Positions 1-11,522 are shown, counted from the stretch's first letter. The stretch: 64,000 bases of DNA from Callorhinchus milii (GCF_018977255.1 NW_024704742.1:131938001-132002000), one strand, 5' to 3'. Notes: generated by a model from the sequence alone, not told the origin. Translations and numbers: made by a program.

Positions 1-543
1 CATTCAGAATTCTGCAGCTCGTGTACTGTCCCGCACCAGGCTTCGGGACCACATCACTCCCACCCTCGCTCGCCTCCACTGGCTCCCCATCCCCCAGAGG
101 ATCGATTTCAAGATCCTCATCCTCACCTACAAGGCCATTCACGGCCTTGCTCCCTCCTACCTCTCTGACCTACTATTCCCCTACCTACCTGCCCATACCC
201 TCCGTTCCTCTGGCTCCGGTCTGCTCCACATCCCCCGCCCTAACCGCCCTACCATCAGTGGCCGGACCTTCAGCCTCTCAGCCCCGAGACTCTGGAACTC
301 TATCCCCCAGTGCCTTCGCCTTGCCTCCTCCCTTTCCTCCTTCAAGGCCGGTCTCAAGACCTTTCTCTTTGACCGAGCCTTCAGCTCCCCTCTCGACTCT
401 CTACCCCCTCCTCGCTCCCTCCCTTCTTTCCCCTCACCCTGACCATTTCCCCCCTGCTCGGGTCCTGACCCACTGTACAGCGCCTTGGGACGTCCTCCTG
501 ACGTGAAAGGCGCTCTATAAATGGAATCTTGTTGTTGTTGTTG
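1..543 (+). mobile_element. L2-clade LINE 3' end (ORF2 C-terminus + 3' UTR + (GTT)n tail), cut by the window edge
   Basis: Frame from base 2 reads IQNSAARVLSRTRLRDHITPTLASLHWLPIPQRIDFKILILTYKAIHGLAPSYLSDLL...RAFSLSAPRLWNS, the typical L2 ORF2 C-terminus. Ends gggacgtcctcctgacgtgaaaggcgctctataaatggaatcttgttgttgttg. Near-identical to 19141-19824. Confidence 0.92.
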
Positions 544-631
544 ATAACTCTTTTCAAAGAGTTGGCACAGACACGATGGGCCGAATGGCCTCCTTCTGTG
601 CTGTATAATTCTATGATTCTATGATTCTATG
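544..631 (+). mobile_element. CR1 LINE 3'-terminal fragment directly after the L2 tail
   Basis: gatgggccgaatggcctccttctgtgctgt followed by (ATTCTATG)x3; matches the end of the CR1 at 44520-44607. Confidence 0.88.
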
Positions 632-665
632 AATAACCCCTCAAAAAAGATTGATCACTCACTTA

Positions 666-991
666 GTGGAGTCCTGTAGCTCAGTGGTTAGAGCACTCGC
701 TTTGCAAGGAGAGACCCAAGTTCAATTCCAGGCAGGGCGAAACCTTGGGCAAGTTTCCTTACTCCACACGCCTAATAATAATCCCTCCAAAACCAAAAAC
801 AATAATAAATTGGTCATTTTCAATCCACGACTGTTTGTGGGACATTGCTGTGCGCAATTGGCTGCCGCGTTCGCCCACAAACATACAGTCAATTCACTTT
901 ACAGTGTGTTCTTGAAGCGCTTTGGGACGTCCTCCCGACGTGAAAAGCGCTATATCAAATGCAAGGATTATTATTATTATTATTATTATTT
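666..991 (+). mobile_element. tRNA-derived SINE family A, young short form, inserted into an older SINE (632-665 and 992-1145)
   Basis: A box TAGCTCAGTGG and B box (AAGTTCAATTCC), shared body, stem-loop ACGTC-ctccc-GACGT, (TTA)n tail. Near-identical to 3309-3634 and 37975-38294. Confidence 0.92.
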
Positions 992-1217
992 CTGGGACAC
1001 TGCTGTTTGCAATTGGCTGCCACGTTTCACCCACAATTATACAGTCAATTCACTTTACAGTATATTCTGTGAAGCGCTTTGAGACATCTAGAAGACGTGA
1101 AAAGTGCTATATCAAAACGTAAGCATTATTATTTATTATTATTATTGCTGTGCGCAATTAACTGCTGCATTTCGCCAGCAAAATACAAAGTCAATCCACT
1201 TTACTATATGTTCTTCA

Positions 1218-1475
1218 AAACGTGGCAGCCAATTGGGCTCAGCAGTGTACCACAAACAGTCGTGGATTTAGTGATCAAAAATTTTTTGAGAGTGACTATT
1301 ATCTCTGGAAAGTGATCTGCCAATCAACTAACAATCGAGATCTTACTTACTGTTAGCTAAGCAGAGGAGTGTGGAGTAAGGATATTTGGCTAAGGTTTCT
1401 CCCCACCTAGGAATTGAACCGGGGTCCTCTTGCTTGTGAGGCGAGTGCACTAAACCCAACACTAGGGCACTCTAC
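1218..1475 (-). mobile_element. SINE family A, older long form (partial)
   Basis: Reverse complement carries a tRNA-like head plus the extra internal segment (matching ...cttagctaacagtaagtaaga...ttgttagttgattggcagatcactt...). Confidence 0.8.
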
Positions 1476-2244
1476 ATAAATACATTTATTTATGATAAAT
1501 ACTAGGCTTGAATCAATGTCAGTACAATAGGTAATGGACTGGGCTAAGCAAACGTCAGATTTCAGCAGATGGACCAGAAATGTAACATGGTTGGCCTCAA
1601 GAGAACATATTTCTGGAAATGCAAGTGTATGTCTCCCACAGGGCTTAACCATTTCATTCAAACAAACTCATATTTAGACTTGATAGGTTCTGAATGACAC
1701 TAACCTATATTTACGTTTATACTGCTACTTTCATCTTCTGCTCAGTCAATAAAATGCCACATCGTGTGATGTCTTCTGTGTAAAAATGCACATGCAGCGC
1801 AATTCACTGAGAATGTCAGCAATTGCTGGCATTCTTTTATAATTGATAGGAGATAAAAGCAACAATCAGGGTAAAACATCACAATACCCAGAATATATTA
1901 CCAAGAGAGATCCTCAGCCATATCATAACTGCTAGGGTTAAAATCACAATCCAGATTGTCGTTTATTAGGCTTTATTACTCTGAGGTCTTGTACTCAACA
2001 CTGAAATAAAGCAAAATTATATAATTTAAACTCCTGATAACTCATCACTCCAAGGATAAAGGGCTCAGTTTTTATATTATTTATACATATATAAATAAAA
2101 GCGGCCGGGATATTGATAGCATGATGACTTAAGTGGTAGTGACATGTTAAGTTAGGGTCGAATTATCAGGCGTTTACTGTATATTGATGTAAATACTGGG
2201 GTAACATTTGCAGTCTTTTTTAACTGTTATTTGTGTTCGATTGT

Positions 2245-2428
2245 CAAAGGAACCAAAGGTGAGATGAGGAGAAAAATTTTCACACAGTGAGTTGATAGGA
2301 TCTGGAATGCACTGCCTGAAAGAGTCATGGTAGAAGATTCGATAACTTTCAAGAGAAAAGTGGATAGATATTTGGGCAGGACAAATTTGCAAGGCTATGG
2401 GGAGAGAGAGGGTAATTGGATAAAGCAA
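2245..2428 (+). mobile_element. CR1 LINE 3' fragment (ORF2 end and 3' UTR)
   Basis: MRRKIFTQ*VDRIWNALPERVMVEDSITFKRKVDRYL-like frame followed by caaggctatggggagaga, typical of a CR1 end. Confidence 0.8.
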
Positions 2429-2724
2429 AATAATAATAATAATCCTTGAATTTGAGATGGCGCTTTTTCATGTTGTTGAGTTGGTTCAAAGCGCTTCACA
2501 GCATATATTGTACAGTAGATTGACTATGTATGTTGTGGGTAAAATGTGGAGACACTGGGAAAGTTAAGAACAAATCCAGCAAATTGAAATCCATGGAAGT
2601 GAACCAGAGAAGACAAAGAAAAATAGACTGGTCGATAGTGTCGAAAGCAATTTAGGGCATTATATAAATGCAAATGGGTGTCGACTGTAGCCCTCTGGGG
2701 TCAACGATAGTTCGTCTGACCAAT

Positions 2725-2962
2725 AATACTAATAATAATCCTTGCATTGATGTAGCGCTTTATCACGTCTTTGATCAAAGTGCTTCGCAGAATATACCGC
2801 AAAGTGAATTGACTGTATATTTTCTGGGTGAAAGGCATGAACATGAACAGAGGCGTGTGGAGTAAGAAAACTTGGCCAACGTTTCGCCTTGCCCAGGAAT
2901 TGAACCCAGGTCCTCTCACTTACGAGGCAAATGCTCTATCCACTGAGCTACAAGACTCCACG
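2725..2962 (-). mobile_element. SINE family A, internally deleted, with CAAT target-site duplication
   Basis: Head gtggagtcttgtagctcagtgg on the minus strand and an (AAT)n tail. CAAT occurs at 2721-2724 and 2963-2966; the uninterrupted homologue at 4205-4312 has a single CAAT. Confidence 0.85.
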
Positions 2963-3308
2963 CAATCCAAGAACTGAAAAAGACGAGCCATTTCAATGGC
3001 CTTGTCAGGAAGACTTTACTACGCTTGTTGTTGTCGTTGTTGTATCAACCATTATTTTCTTAAATATGCAAATGCACGAATGTCCACATAACTGTAGCTA
3101 TAATTACAAGGGCGTTTACAGCTGTGAAATTACCCAAGACATACGATGAATGCTGAAAGGCATCACAATAGAGGCAGCTCTGTTTGAATCCAAGGAAGCA
3201 GAAAACCGTAAACTATTTTACCAGATAAAATTATAAGTTTAAAACACAATTAAAAAACACAGGAAATATTGATAGCAGGAAGTTTTTGTTCATCAGACGA
3301 TTTAAATC

Positions 3309-3634
3309 TGTGGAGTCTTGTAGCTCAGTGGTTAGAGCACTCGCTTTGCAAGCAAGAGATCTGAGTTCAATTCCAGGCAGGGCGAAACCTTGGGCAAGTT
3401 TCCTTACTCCACACACCTAATAATAATCCCTCCAAAAAACAAAAACAATAATTAAATTGGTCATTTTCAATCTATGACTGTTTGTGGGACATTGCTGTGC
3501 GCAATTGGCTGCCGCGTTCGCCCACAAATATACAGTCAACTCACTTTACAGTATATTCTGTGAAGCGCTTTGGGACGTCCTCCCGACGTGAAAAGCGCTA
3601 TATCAAATGCAAGGATTATTATTATTATTATTAT
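3309..3634 (+). mobile_element. SINE family A, young full-length copy
   Basis: Complete head, body and (TTA)n tail; near-identical to 666-991. Confidence 0.93.
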
Positions 3635-3914
3635 AAATCGCAGATTCCTAGTTGTTTGAGACGTTATCCTGCATGAAGGGCATTATATAAATCCAAGTTG
3701 TTGTCCTATTCTGATTTTACCAGGTGTATCGATGACTGTGAAGAACTAAACTGAGGCAAAAAGCGAAACTAATCGGAGGCTTACTCGACCAAATAGCTAC
3801 TAAATATAACAACTCACATGGCATATGGGCTATATTTTCTAACCGGACCCTCAAGAATATATTGTATCACACTGGATGCAGATAAAATTGAGTCTGAGGA
3901 GAGAAGAGTGGCAC

Positions 3915-4150
3915 CTTACATAATGCCTAAGCCCTAACTAGAAGGCACTCATCACAAAGCAATTATGCACTGTGGGATGGAGTACGCTCCAAGTGGCTGA
4001 GTACATCTGAAACAGCTTCCACCACGCCTGACTTCAGTGCAGCAAAGAAGATCATTAGTGCTCGGGAGCACAAATAAATATCATGCTCTATGACCACTTA
4101 TCTTTCACTCCAGTCACTTTTCGCTCAAGTTCAGGAAAGAATAGCCATGA
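3915..4150 (+). mobile_element. Heavily decayed LINE ORF2 C-terminal relic (CR1/L2 group)
   Basis: atggagtacgctccaagtggctgagt...cgcctgacttcagtgcagcaaagaagatcatt resembles the 'MEY.P..W......L..VQ..A..+I' motif. Frameshifted. Confidence 0.45.
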
Positions 4151-4377
4151 AGGACAGCACACTTACAAGCTGTGATTGCTCCCGATGCTGTGTTGTTCTT
4201 CACAGGTGTCAATGCTAGCCCTCTGGGGTCAACAATGGCATGTCCGACCAATCCAAGAATTGAACGAGATGAGGCATTTCAATGGCTATGTCGAGAGGAC
4301 TTTGCTACGCTTCAAGCTCCTGGGTTTTCGACACTGGCGATCGATTGTTAAGCCTGGTCACCCTTGCGCAATAATTG

Positions 4378-4690
4378 TGTGTCAGTTAGTAGCACCACTC
4401 TCGCCTCTGAGTCAGTAGGTTGTGGGTTCAAGCCACACGTCGGGACTTTGAACACACGCAGTCTAGGCTGACACTCCAATGCAGCATTGTTGGAGTGTGC
4501 CGAACTTTGGATGAGACCTTAATAAGAGGTCCTGTCTGTCTGTTCAGGTTGACATTAAAGATCTCATGGCATCACTCAAAAAGAGAAGGGGGTTCCCCAG
4601 ATAAAATTAGTTATTACCGTAAATCTCGGTGAATCACTTTGACACTTCTTCCCGACGTGAAAGTCTCTATATCAAATCCTATAATTATAA
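4378..4690 (+). mobile_element. SINE family B (DeuSINE/SacSINE1-like), internally deleted
   Basis: tRNA-like head, then gctgacactccaatgcag...gatgagac...aggtcctgtctgtctgttcaggttgacattaaagatctcatggca, matching the Deu-type core. Confidence 0.8.
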
Positions 4691-6569
4691 TAGATCAAAT
4701 GCTTAATTCAGCTCATTAAAAACCCAGCAGTTTTTTCCATCAGATCATAGTTGTAAGATGCATAGGTGTGCAATGTATTTTGGAGTTATTCTGATTCAGC
4801 ATAATTTGAGTGCCGTCTTGTGGGATATGGGCTGAAGAGATTGAGGGATGCTAGGATCCTAGCAAAATTCTAGCAAATCAGTGCAACCTCTTTCCCCTCC
4901 TTTAGATCCCGACTGAAAACTTTCCTCTTCTACCTTGCTTACAGTCACCTCCGACGTGGCATCAGGCTCCGCCACTGATAAGCGCTCCGAGACCCTGTCT
5001 CTAGTGAAGGTTGCTATATAAACCGTTGTTGCAGCATTCCTAAGGGTGCGTCAGGATTCGATATTTCTGCACCAGTGAAGTGCTTTGAGACGCCGTCACA
5101 AATTGAAAAGTGCTATATCATTATTGTTATTATTAGAATTTACCTGAACATGCAGCCATCAGGGATGTTCTGTTCCAGATGTCACAATTTATCTTTAAAA
5201 TAAAATGCAACATTCAATGCAAAACACACAGTTAATAGTGTTTTCCTCTGAAGGATAATAATAATCCTTGCGTTTGATATAGCACCTTATCACATCATTG
5301 AGACTTCTCAAAGGGCTTCACAAGACATATTGTAAAGTGGATTGATGTGTATTTTGTGAATCCAAAGGTTTGTTACTGATCTGTAGAGGAGGAAGCAAAA
5401 GAAAATCCTGACATAATGTGGAAAAGCGCATTTGACCAAACTACTAAATAATACATTATTATGGTCAAAGTCTTACCTTAGGAATGGTTTAATTAAGTTG
5501 TTTTTGGATTTGATTATAAATTTAAAATGATGGAAGTTTGAATAAGCAATGCTGAATATTGCGCCTCTAAACGAGTTATATTTTTGTTATAATACTGCTA
5601 CTAATAATCCTTGCATTTGATACAGTGCCTTATCATGGCTTCGAGATATAATGTGATCACCCTTCCACCGTGTCCTGCTGAACAATAAACACATATATGA
5701 AATGGTGTAACCCAACTTGGAATTTCAAGAGATCTTAGTCCGTAAGACCAGTTTCTCTTCAATTTTAAGATTATGTAAAAAAAAGTGTGCAAAATTCATC
5801 AATCCAGCCTTGTTTTAGAAGCCGTTTTTCCCCGGTTCTTAAAAAAAACAGCTTTCAAATCAAGACCGAATACTGAAGAAAGCTCTCTAATTCTGATCGA
5901 CAAACATATTCCACGAATCTTAGTATTTCAATCAAGCTAAAATGAGGTTGAATTTGGAGTCTCAATCCTCAGCTGATTTTATTTGTCTGATGTAAATCAA
6001 ACATCCAAACCTGTGGGTTCTATAGTCTTGCTATGATGTGGAAGTACTGCTGTGAGAAGTGGTACAGGAAGCTAGGGCACTGCTTCTAGCTCCCACAGCC
6101 TTGTGATGTGATGTGGTTGAATGACTTGGCTTTGATTGAGGTTCATGAGATACAGAGGAGAGAGAAAAGGCTGATGGTGAAAGCTAAAGATAACGTGGAA
6201 TGCCAAACAAGCAACACAAGGGGTGAGACTACATGGTGGGACTTTGGGATCTCAGATGAGATATTCCTTGGGTTATGATTCGAAATTGGCTGTTATGTGA
6301 ATCTCTCTCAATTCGATATTTGCAAACGGGAAATTGTAATCGAAGCAACATATCGGGTTTGTGAAATGTCACATTTTAGAATTCTCATCATTAAAGGGGA
6401 TGAAGAGATCAATCTTTAACTGATAGGCAACCGAGAATGTTAATGAGTAGAGCAAGGAAGAAATCCTCAAAGAGAAAGGTTAAAATGACAGAGTCGTTGG
6501 GAAAGAAGGTTGAAAAAAAGATTTTTTTTTCAGCACCAGAAAAATCCATTGAAATATATGATTGTCCTC

Positions 6570-7012
6570 TTAATTTATGTAACGCCTTATCACATCGTTG
6601 AGGCAACAACAAAAACAACTTGCTTTTATATAGCACGCGGGGTAGTGTCCTGGAGTGCTTCTCAAAGTGCTTCAAAGGATTTTATTGTGACATGTGTTAT
6701 GACTGTGTATTTTTGTAAACAAATGCAGCAGCCAATTTTTCACACAGCAGTGTCTGATAAATAGCCATATAGTGAGTGACCAATTTTACTTGGGGGATTA
6801 TTGGCCAGGACACCAGGAACATCTCCCTTCTCTTTTCAAATAGTGCCATGGAATCTTTTAATGTTCACCTGAACTTCACTTTAACATATCCTTCAAAAAT
6901 ACAGCATTCATTGGAGCATCAGCCTAATCTGTGAGTTCAATGTGCCAACATGAGGCTTAAACTCACAACCTTTGGACTTAGAGGCAAGATTGTTACCCAT
7001 TGAACCAAGCTA
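6570..7012 (-). mobile_element. SINE family B (old) with a nested L2-type tail
   Basis: Reverse complement of the Deu core (aatagtgccatggaatcttttaatgttcacctgaac) and head; caacaacaaaaacaacttgcttttatatagc insert at ~6604-6660. Confidence 0.75.
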
Positions 7013-7269
7013 TTATTTGGGCGATTTATCAAAAAGGCATCAATTCAAAAATATTCAATCAAGAAAAAATATTTTGTTGGATGACCATAAAGGTTGGCCA
7101 CCACCAGGGTACACAGTTAGAGGGTTTGATAACAAAGCATTTGCACATTTTTTGGTATAAACGGTGTCATTGTAGTAAATCAGTAGTCCCATGCACAAGG
7201 TACATTTGAAGGCTAACATCCTTTATCATGTTCAGGTTGTTCTTTTGTATTCTTCCTTATTGGAGTCCC

Positions 7270-7640
7270 ATAAGTTCCATTTTGAGACTTTCAACTCACA
7301 TGTTCTCGGCTAAAACTCCAATGCAGTGCTGGATGTGTTGCATTATCAGATGTGCTGTCCTTCAGATGAGATTTTAAACTGAGTTCCTGTCTATCTGTTC
7401 AGGTGAACGCTAAAGATCCCATGCCATTGTTCAAAAAGAGAAATGAGTTTCTGCATGGGTCCTGGTCAATGTTCTCCCGCATAAAATTGATCACTCACTG
7501 ACTGTGTGAAAATTGGCTATTACATTGGCCTACAAAATACACCCTCACAAAGCTTTTACATTAAATCCTGTGAAACGCTTTGAGATGTTGTCTTGACATG
7601 GAAGGCACAATACAAAATGCAAGGGTTACTATTATTTTAT
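7270..7640 (+). mobile_element. SINE family B
   Basis: Deu core ccttcagatgagattttaaactgag...ctgttcaggtgaacgctaaagatcccatgcca and the shared 3' tail. Confidence 0.8.
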
Positions 7641-8081
7641 TTTATTTTCCACAATTTTGTATGAGCTCGAATTTTAAAGTGAAATGGTCACTCAAGCTAA
7701 GATTCAGTTGAATGTCAGCCCTCTGGCCTGATCTTTACAATGAATCTATTTCAGAAAGTATAGTTTCTGAGTATGGGGAAGGTTGTACAATGCGCTGCCC
7801 TTTATAGGCAGGGTCTACAAGGATTGTTTCACTTAACAGCATCACAATTGTGACATATACCAGCCTTAGGCAGAAAATTGACTTGCCGCCCAGTCCACAC
7901 TCCTCACTGTTTGCTAAGCTAAGGGAGGTATGCCCTCAAGGTGTGTTATAATAACACGCTAAACTGTCTGGGTGAGTAGCGAGCTCCCTTTGCAAAGACT
8001 TGGTAAAACAATATTAAAGTGTGGGATATTACAAACTAGGCCTGAACATACTGAGGTTCATATTAAAGGGAGAAGGAAAAT

Positions 8082-8425
8082 GATAATAATAATAATCATT
8101 CCATTTGATACATCTCAAAGCGCTTCATAGAATATACTGTAAAGTGGATTGACTGTGTATTTCGTGGGTGAAACGTGTCAGCCAATTGCGCATATTAGTG
8201 TACCACAAACAGTTATAAATTGAATGAACACTTTTTTTTGAAGGATTATTACCCCTGAAAAGTGATCCGCCAATCAATCCAACAACTGGTTTCCTACTTA
8301 TTCCTAGGTAAACAGAGACGTGTGGATTAAGGAAATTTGCCTAAGGTTTTGCCCACCCAGGAATCAAACCCAGGTCCTCTCATTTGTGAGGCGAGTGCTC
8401 TAACCACTATACTACAGGCCTCCAT
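8082..8425 (-). mobile_element. SINE family A, long form
   Basis: Tail, body, extra segment (ggtttcctacttattcctaggtaaacagag) and tRNA-like head in reverse orientation. Confidence 0.85.
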
Positions 8426-10544
8426 TTTGGACCATGGTAGGAGGTGCTGTGTTGGAATTAGGCGTTCTTGGAACTAATAAAAGGGAAAGCTGGCCACTTT
8501 AAATCGGAGCAAGAGATGGATAGGAATTGTTGGAGACATCAGTGTGGTTTCAATCACTTGCAATATTTTTATATTTTAAATACATGCCCTTTCTCTGTTT
8601 CATGGTGAGTCACAGCTGGAGCCCAATTAAGAATATAGAAAACTCACTGGGAAGGGGAGAGGGCACTGGAGAGGACAGGAAATGCAATTGTTTTATGTTA
8701 ACCCCAACATGATAAATTTGGAGGAGATTGTTTTGGATCCCTTGTATTGTATATTTCAACGTGTGACCTCTGTAACCTTTTGGCTTCTGGGCATTCTGGG
8801 CACACATGCTTATGGTCAACCTCCTGCCTCCCTCCAGCTAAGAGTCAGGTTTCACCATTGTAAAGTTCTCCGAGATGCTGCCCCACGTGAAGGGCGCTAT
8901 ATAAATGTAAGTTGTTATTGTTGTTTACCATATTAAATCAACCTCTTCGGCTGTGCCTGTGGCCATTCCCCTCTTCCCCCTCCCTTGCTTGGCTTCCAAC
9001 CCCTTCTTTGTAAATTGCTCTGAGACGTTACCCGATGTGAAGGACACTTTATAAATGCGGGTTGTCATGTTTTTGAAAAATATTAAAATGCCTTTGAATG
9101 GGTAAAATATTCTGTTGTCGTTGAGAAGCAGCGGGATGTTGAATGCAAAATATGTCTTTTCCATCTCAAAAGGTGCGACTTGTGTAGTCATGAGAAGCTT
9201 TAACACCCTTTACCCTAATGTATTGGCAAATACAATGATCACAGTTTGAGGCCATCTGTTAAACTTGTTTGAGAGACTTTGATTCCACTGCCCATTGAAC
9301 TCATTATTATAAAACTCCACTGCCAGCCTATGCCTAGTCATCTTCACTTCAAGTCAGTGATTTGTTTCCTTCACCGTAAGTCTAAACTTTTACGGTAACA
9401 AAAGCTTCTTGTAACTTGGAACGTACTCTCCTGTGAGATGCTGAATCAGACGCATTATCAGTGAAGTGCCAGATCTCCCCAGGAATGTGGACTCTTAATC
9501 TGGAGTACAGCTGCTGGGTCAGCAATGTTGAGTAGCTTGCTGAAGGCTGGCTGGGATCCATGTCGCCTGGTCCCTTTGCAAACTCATTAAGCATAAATGC
9601 CCACTCCACTGCTTTCAATCTGCTCCTCTGTCTGTGCGACTTGCAGATTTTTAGAAGAGGCACAAGATCACAAACGAGAAAAGTCCATTCGGTAAGGCAT
9701 AAATATTAATAACGATAATAACCTTTACATTTGATTCAGTATCAATCCTTGCAATTTGATGTAGCAGCTTTTTCAGAATGGGATGCTGTCTCAAAACACT
9801 TCACAGGATTTACGTTAAAGTGTAATGACTGTGTATTTTGCAGGCGGTTAATTTTCAAATCCCTATTTTATCTGGAGCCTGGCGAGCGAAACAAAAGCAT
9901 GTAAGGAAACAGCGCATTTCTTCTGAAAAGCAAAACACAAAGGGTTAATTTGGCAACGCCACCTGGGGAGAAATTAATCCGTATTGAAATCCTACTGCGT
10001 CTAGATTTACTTGATTCATACGAAGCATTTAAAGCATCCAGAATAAAGCAAATTCTATATTTAAGAAGTTCAAAAAAAAGCTTAAATAGAGTAATTCTGT
10101 CCTGCTTCATATTTAGAAACAACTTGCTTCTTTGAGTAGAACAGCAGTGGATCCTCTCATTGAGATCATCTGATTAATTCCTTATGAATATACATTCCTG
10201 TTGCCGTCGCAAGGCTGATCAAAGCAGAACCCTTCTATACTGCCTCCCCATCCAGGAGCCCACCCAGTTTCCTCTTCAATCATTCAGCAGAGTCTGTGTT
10301 GCCTGCACTTAGTGGCAGTCTGGGCCAAGCAGGTATATATTTAATGATGGAAGTCCATTTGATGTACCTGCTACCTCGCATCAACTCCACACATTCTTTA
10401 TTTCAAAGCCAGCGCAGCTGTTGGAAACTACCACCACTGGGCTGAAGGGACTTCACAGAAGGTCGTGAGGAAAATAACATTAAGGTTGGATGCACAAGCA
10501 CCAATGACACCAAACCCGATGGTTCCTTAATTGCAACAAAATGT

Positions 10545-10866
10545 AATAATAATAATTATAATAATTGTTCCATTTAATATTGCGCTTGATCATGTCTTCG
10601 AGATGTCTCAAATCACTGCATAGAATGTAAGTAAAGTGAATTGACTATATTTTGTGGGCAAAACCGGCAGCCAATTGTGGACAGCATCAATCATAGATTG
10701 AGTGAGCAAATTATTATTTTGTTTGTTTGTTTATTTATTTTATTAATGAAGGGATTATAACCCCCAGAAAACTGATCTGCCAATCAACTAACAACCAGAG
10801 AAGATAAAGAGTTTATTATGTGAGATTTTACTGCTAGGGTTCCTGTTTATTGCTAGGTAAACAGAA
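10545..10866 (-). mobile_element. SINE family A long form, headless, carrying a ~40-bp inverted insertion
   Basis: Matches 8082-8425 except for an insert at ~10799-10838. Confidence 0.8.
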
Positions 10867-11139
10867 TAATTTGAAACAGATAGTCATTTGAAAGTCATGG
10901 GTATTTTAATAATTTGCAACTTTAGTTGTCTGTTGCTGTTACAAAGTCATGGTCTAGAAATAGTAAAATGTAGGAGCGTTATCCCGCTTGAATTGGAGAA
11001 GCTCTTGTGCAGAGGAATATCACGTGGCAGTAAAGTTCCCGCAGGACAGAATGACTTATTAAAGATCCTCGTTGAAAATCTCACATAATAAACCCCTTTA
11101 TCTTCTGCGGTGAACAACTCTTATGGTGTCTCTCTACAG

Positions 11140-11522
11140 TATGTTAATCTTTGCATTTGATATGGTGCCTATTAACATCCTCCAAAGCACTTCACAGAGA
11201 ATTTCTGCAAAGTAAACGTGGCAGACAGTTTGCACACAGTAATATCCCATCGGCAGGCGTGAAGTGAATAATCAATTTAGGTGCAGGATTGATAGCCAGG
11301 ACATGAGGAGAAACTCGCTTCTTGTATTGAATAGTATCATCTTTAACAATGGATCTTTATTGCTGAAGGACAGAATCTCGATTTAATGATGGCATCTCTG
11401 ACAATCCTGGACTCCCCCAGCATTGCATGGAGTGTCTGACGAAAGCATGAGCTCAAAATCCGAACATGGGGCTCAAAACCTAGAGGCAAGAGTCCTACCA
11501 ACTGAGTTAGACTGAATCTTGA
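11140..11522 (-). mobile_element. SINE family B
   Basis: Reverse-complement tail, degenerate Deu core and head (aggcaagagtcctaccaactgag). Confidence 0.72.

Noticed and set aside
21..506. Pro/Ser-rich ORFs 21-506, 19226-19678 and 56963-57550
   Set aside because: Alternative frames of C-rich L2 sequence; the true L2 ORF2 frame is a different one.
668..740. tRNA-Ala(TGC)-like gene (also at 3311, 37977 and minus-strand copies)
   Set aside because: Each is the head of a SINE that continues into the same body and (TTA)n tail. The T-arm and acceptor stem are degenerate and no poly-T terminator follows.
651..1082. Recurrent ORFs such as MWDIAVRNWLPR...KCKDYYYY that look like a gene family
   Set aside because: Translations of SINE copies; the poly-Y/I/L runs come from (TTA)n tails.
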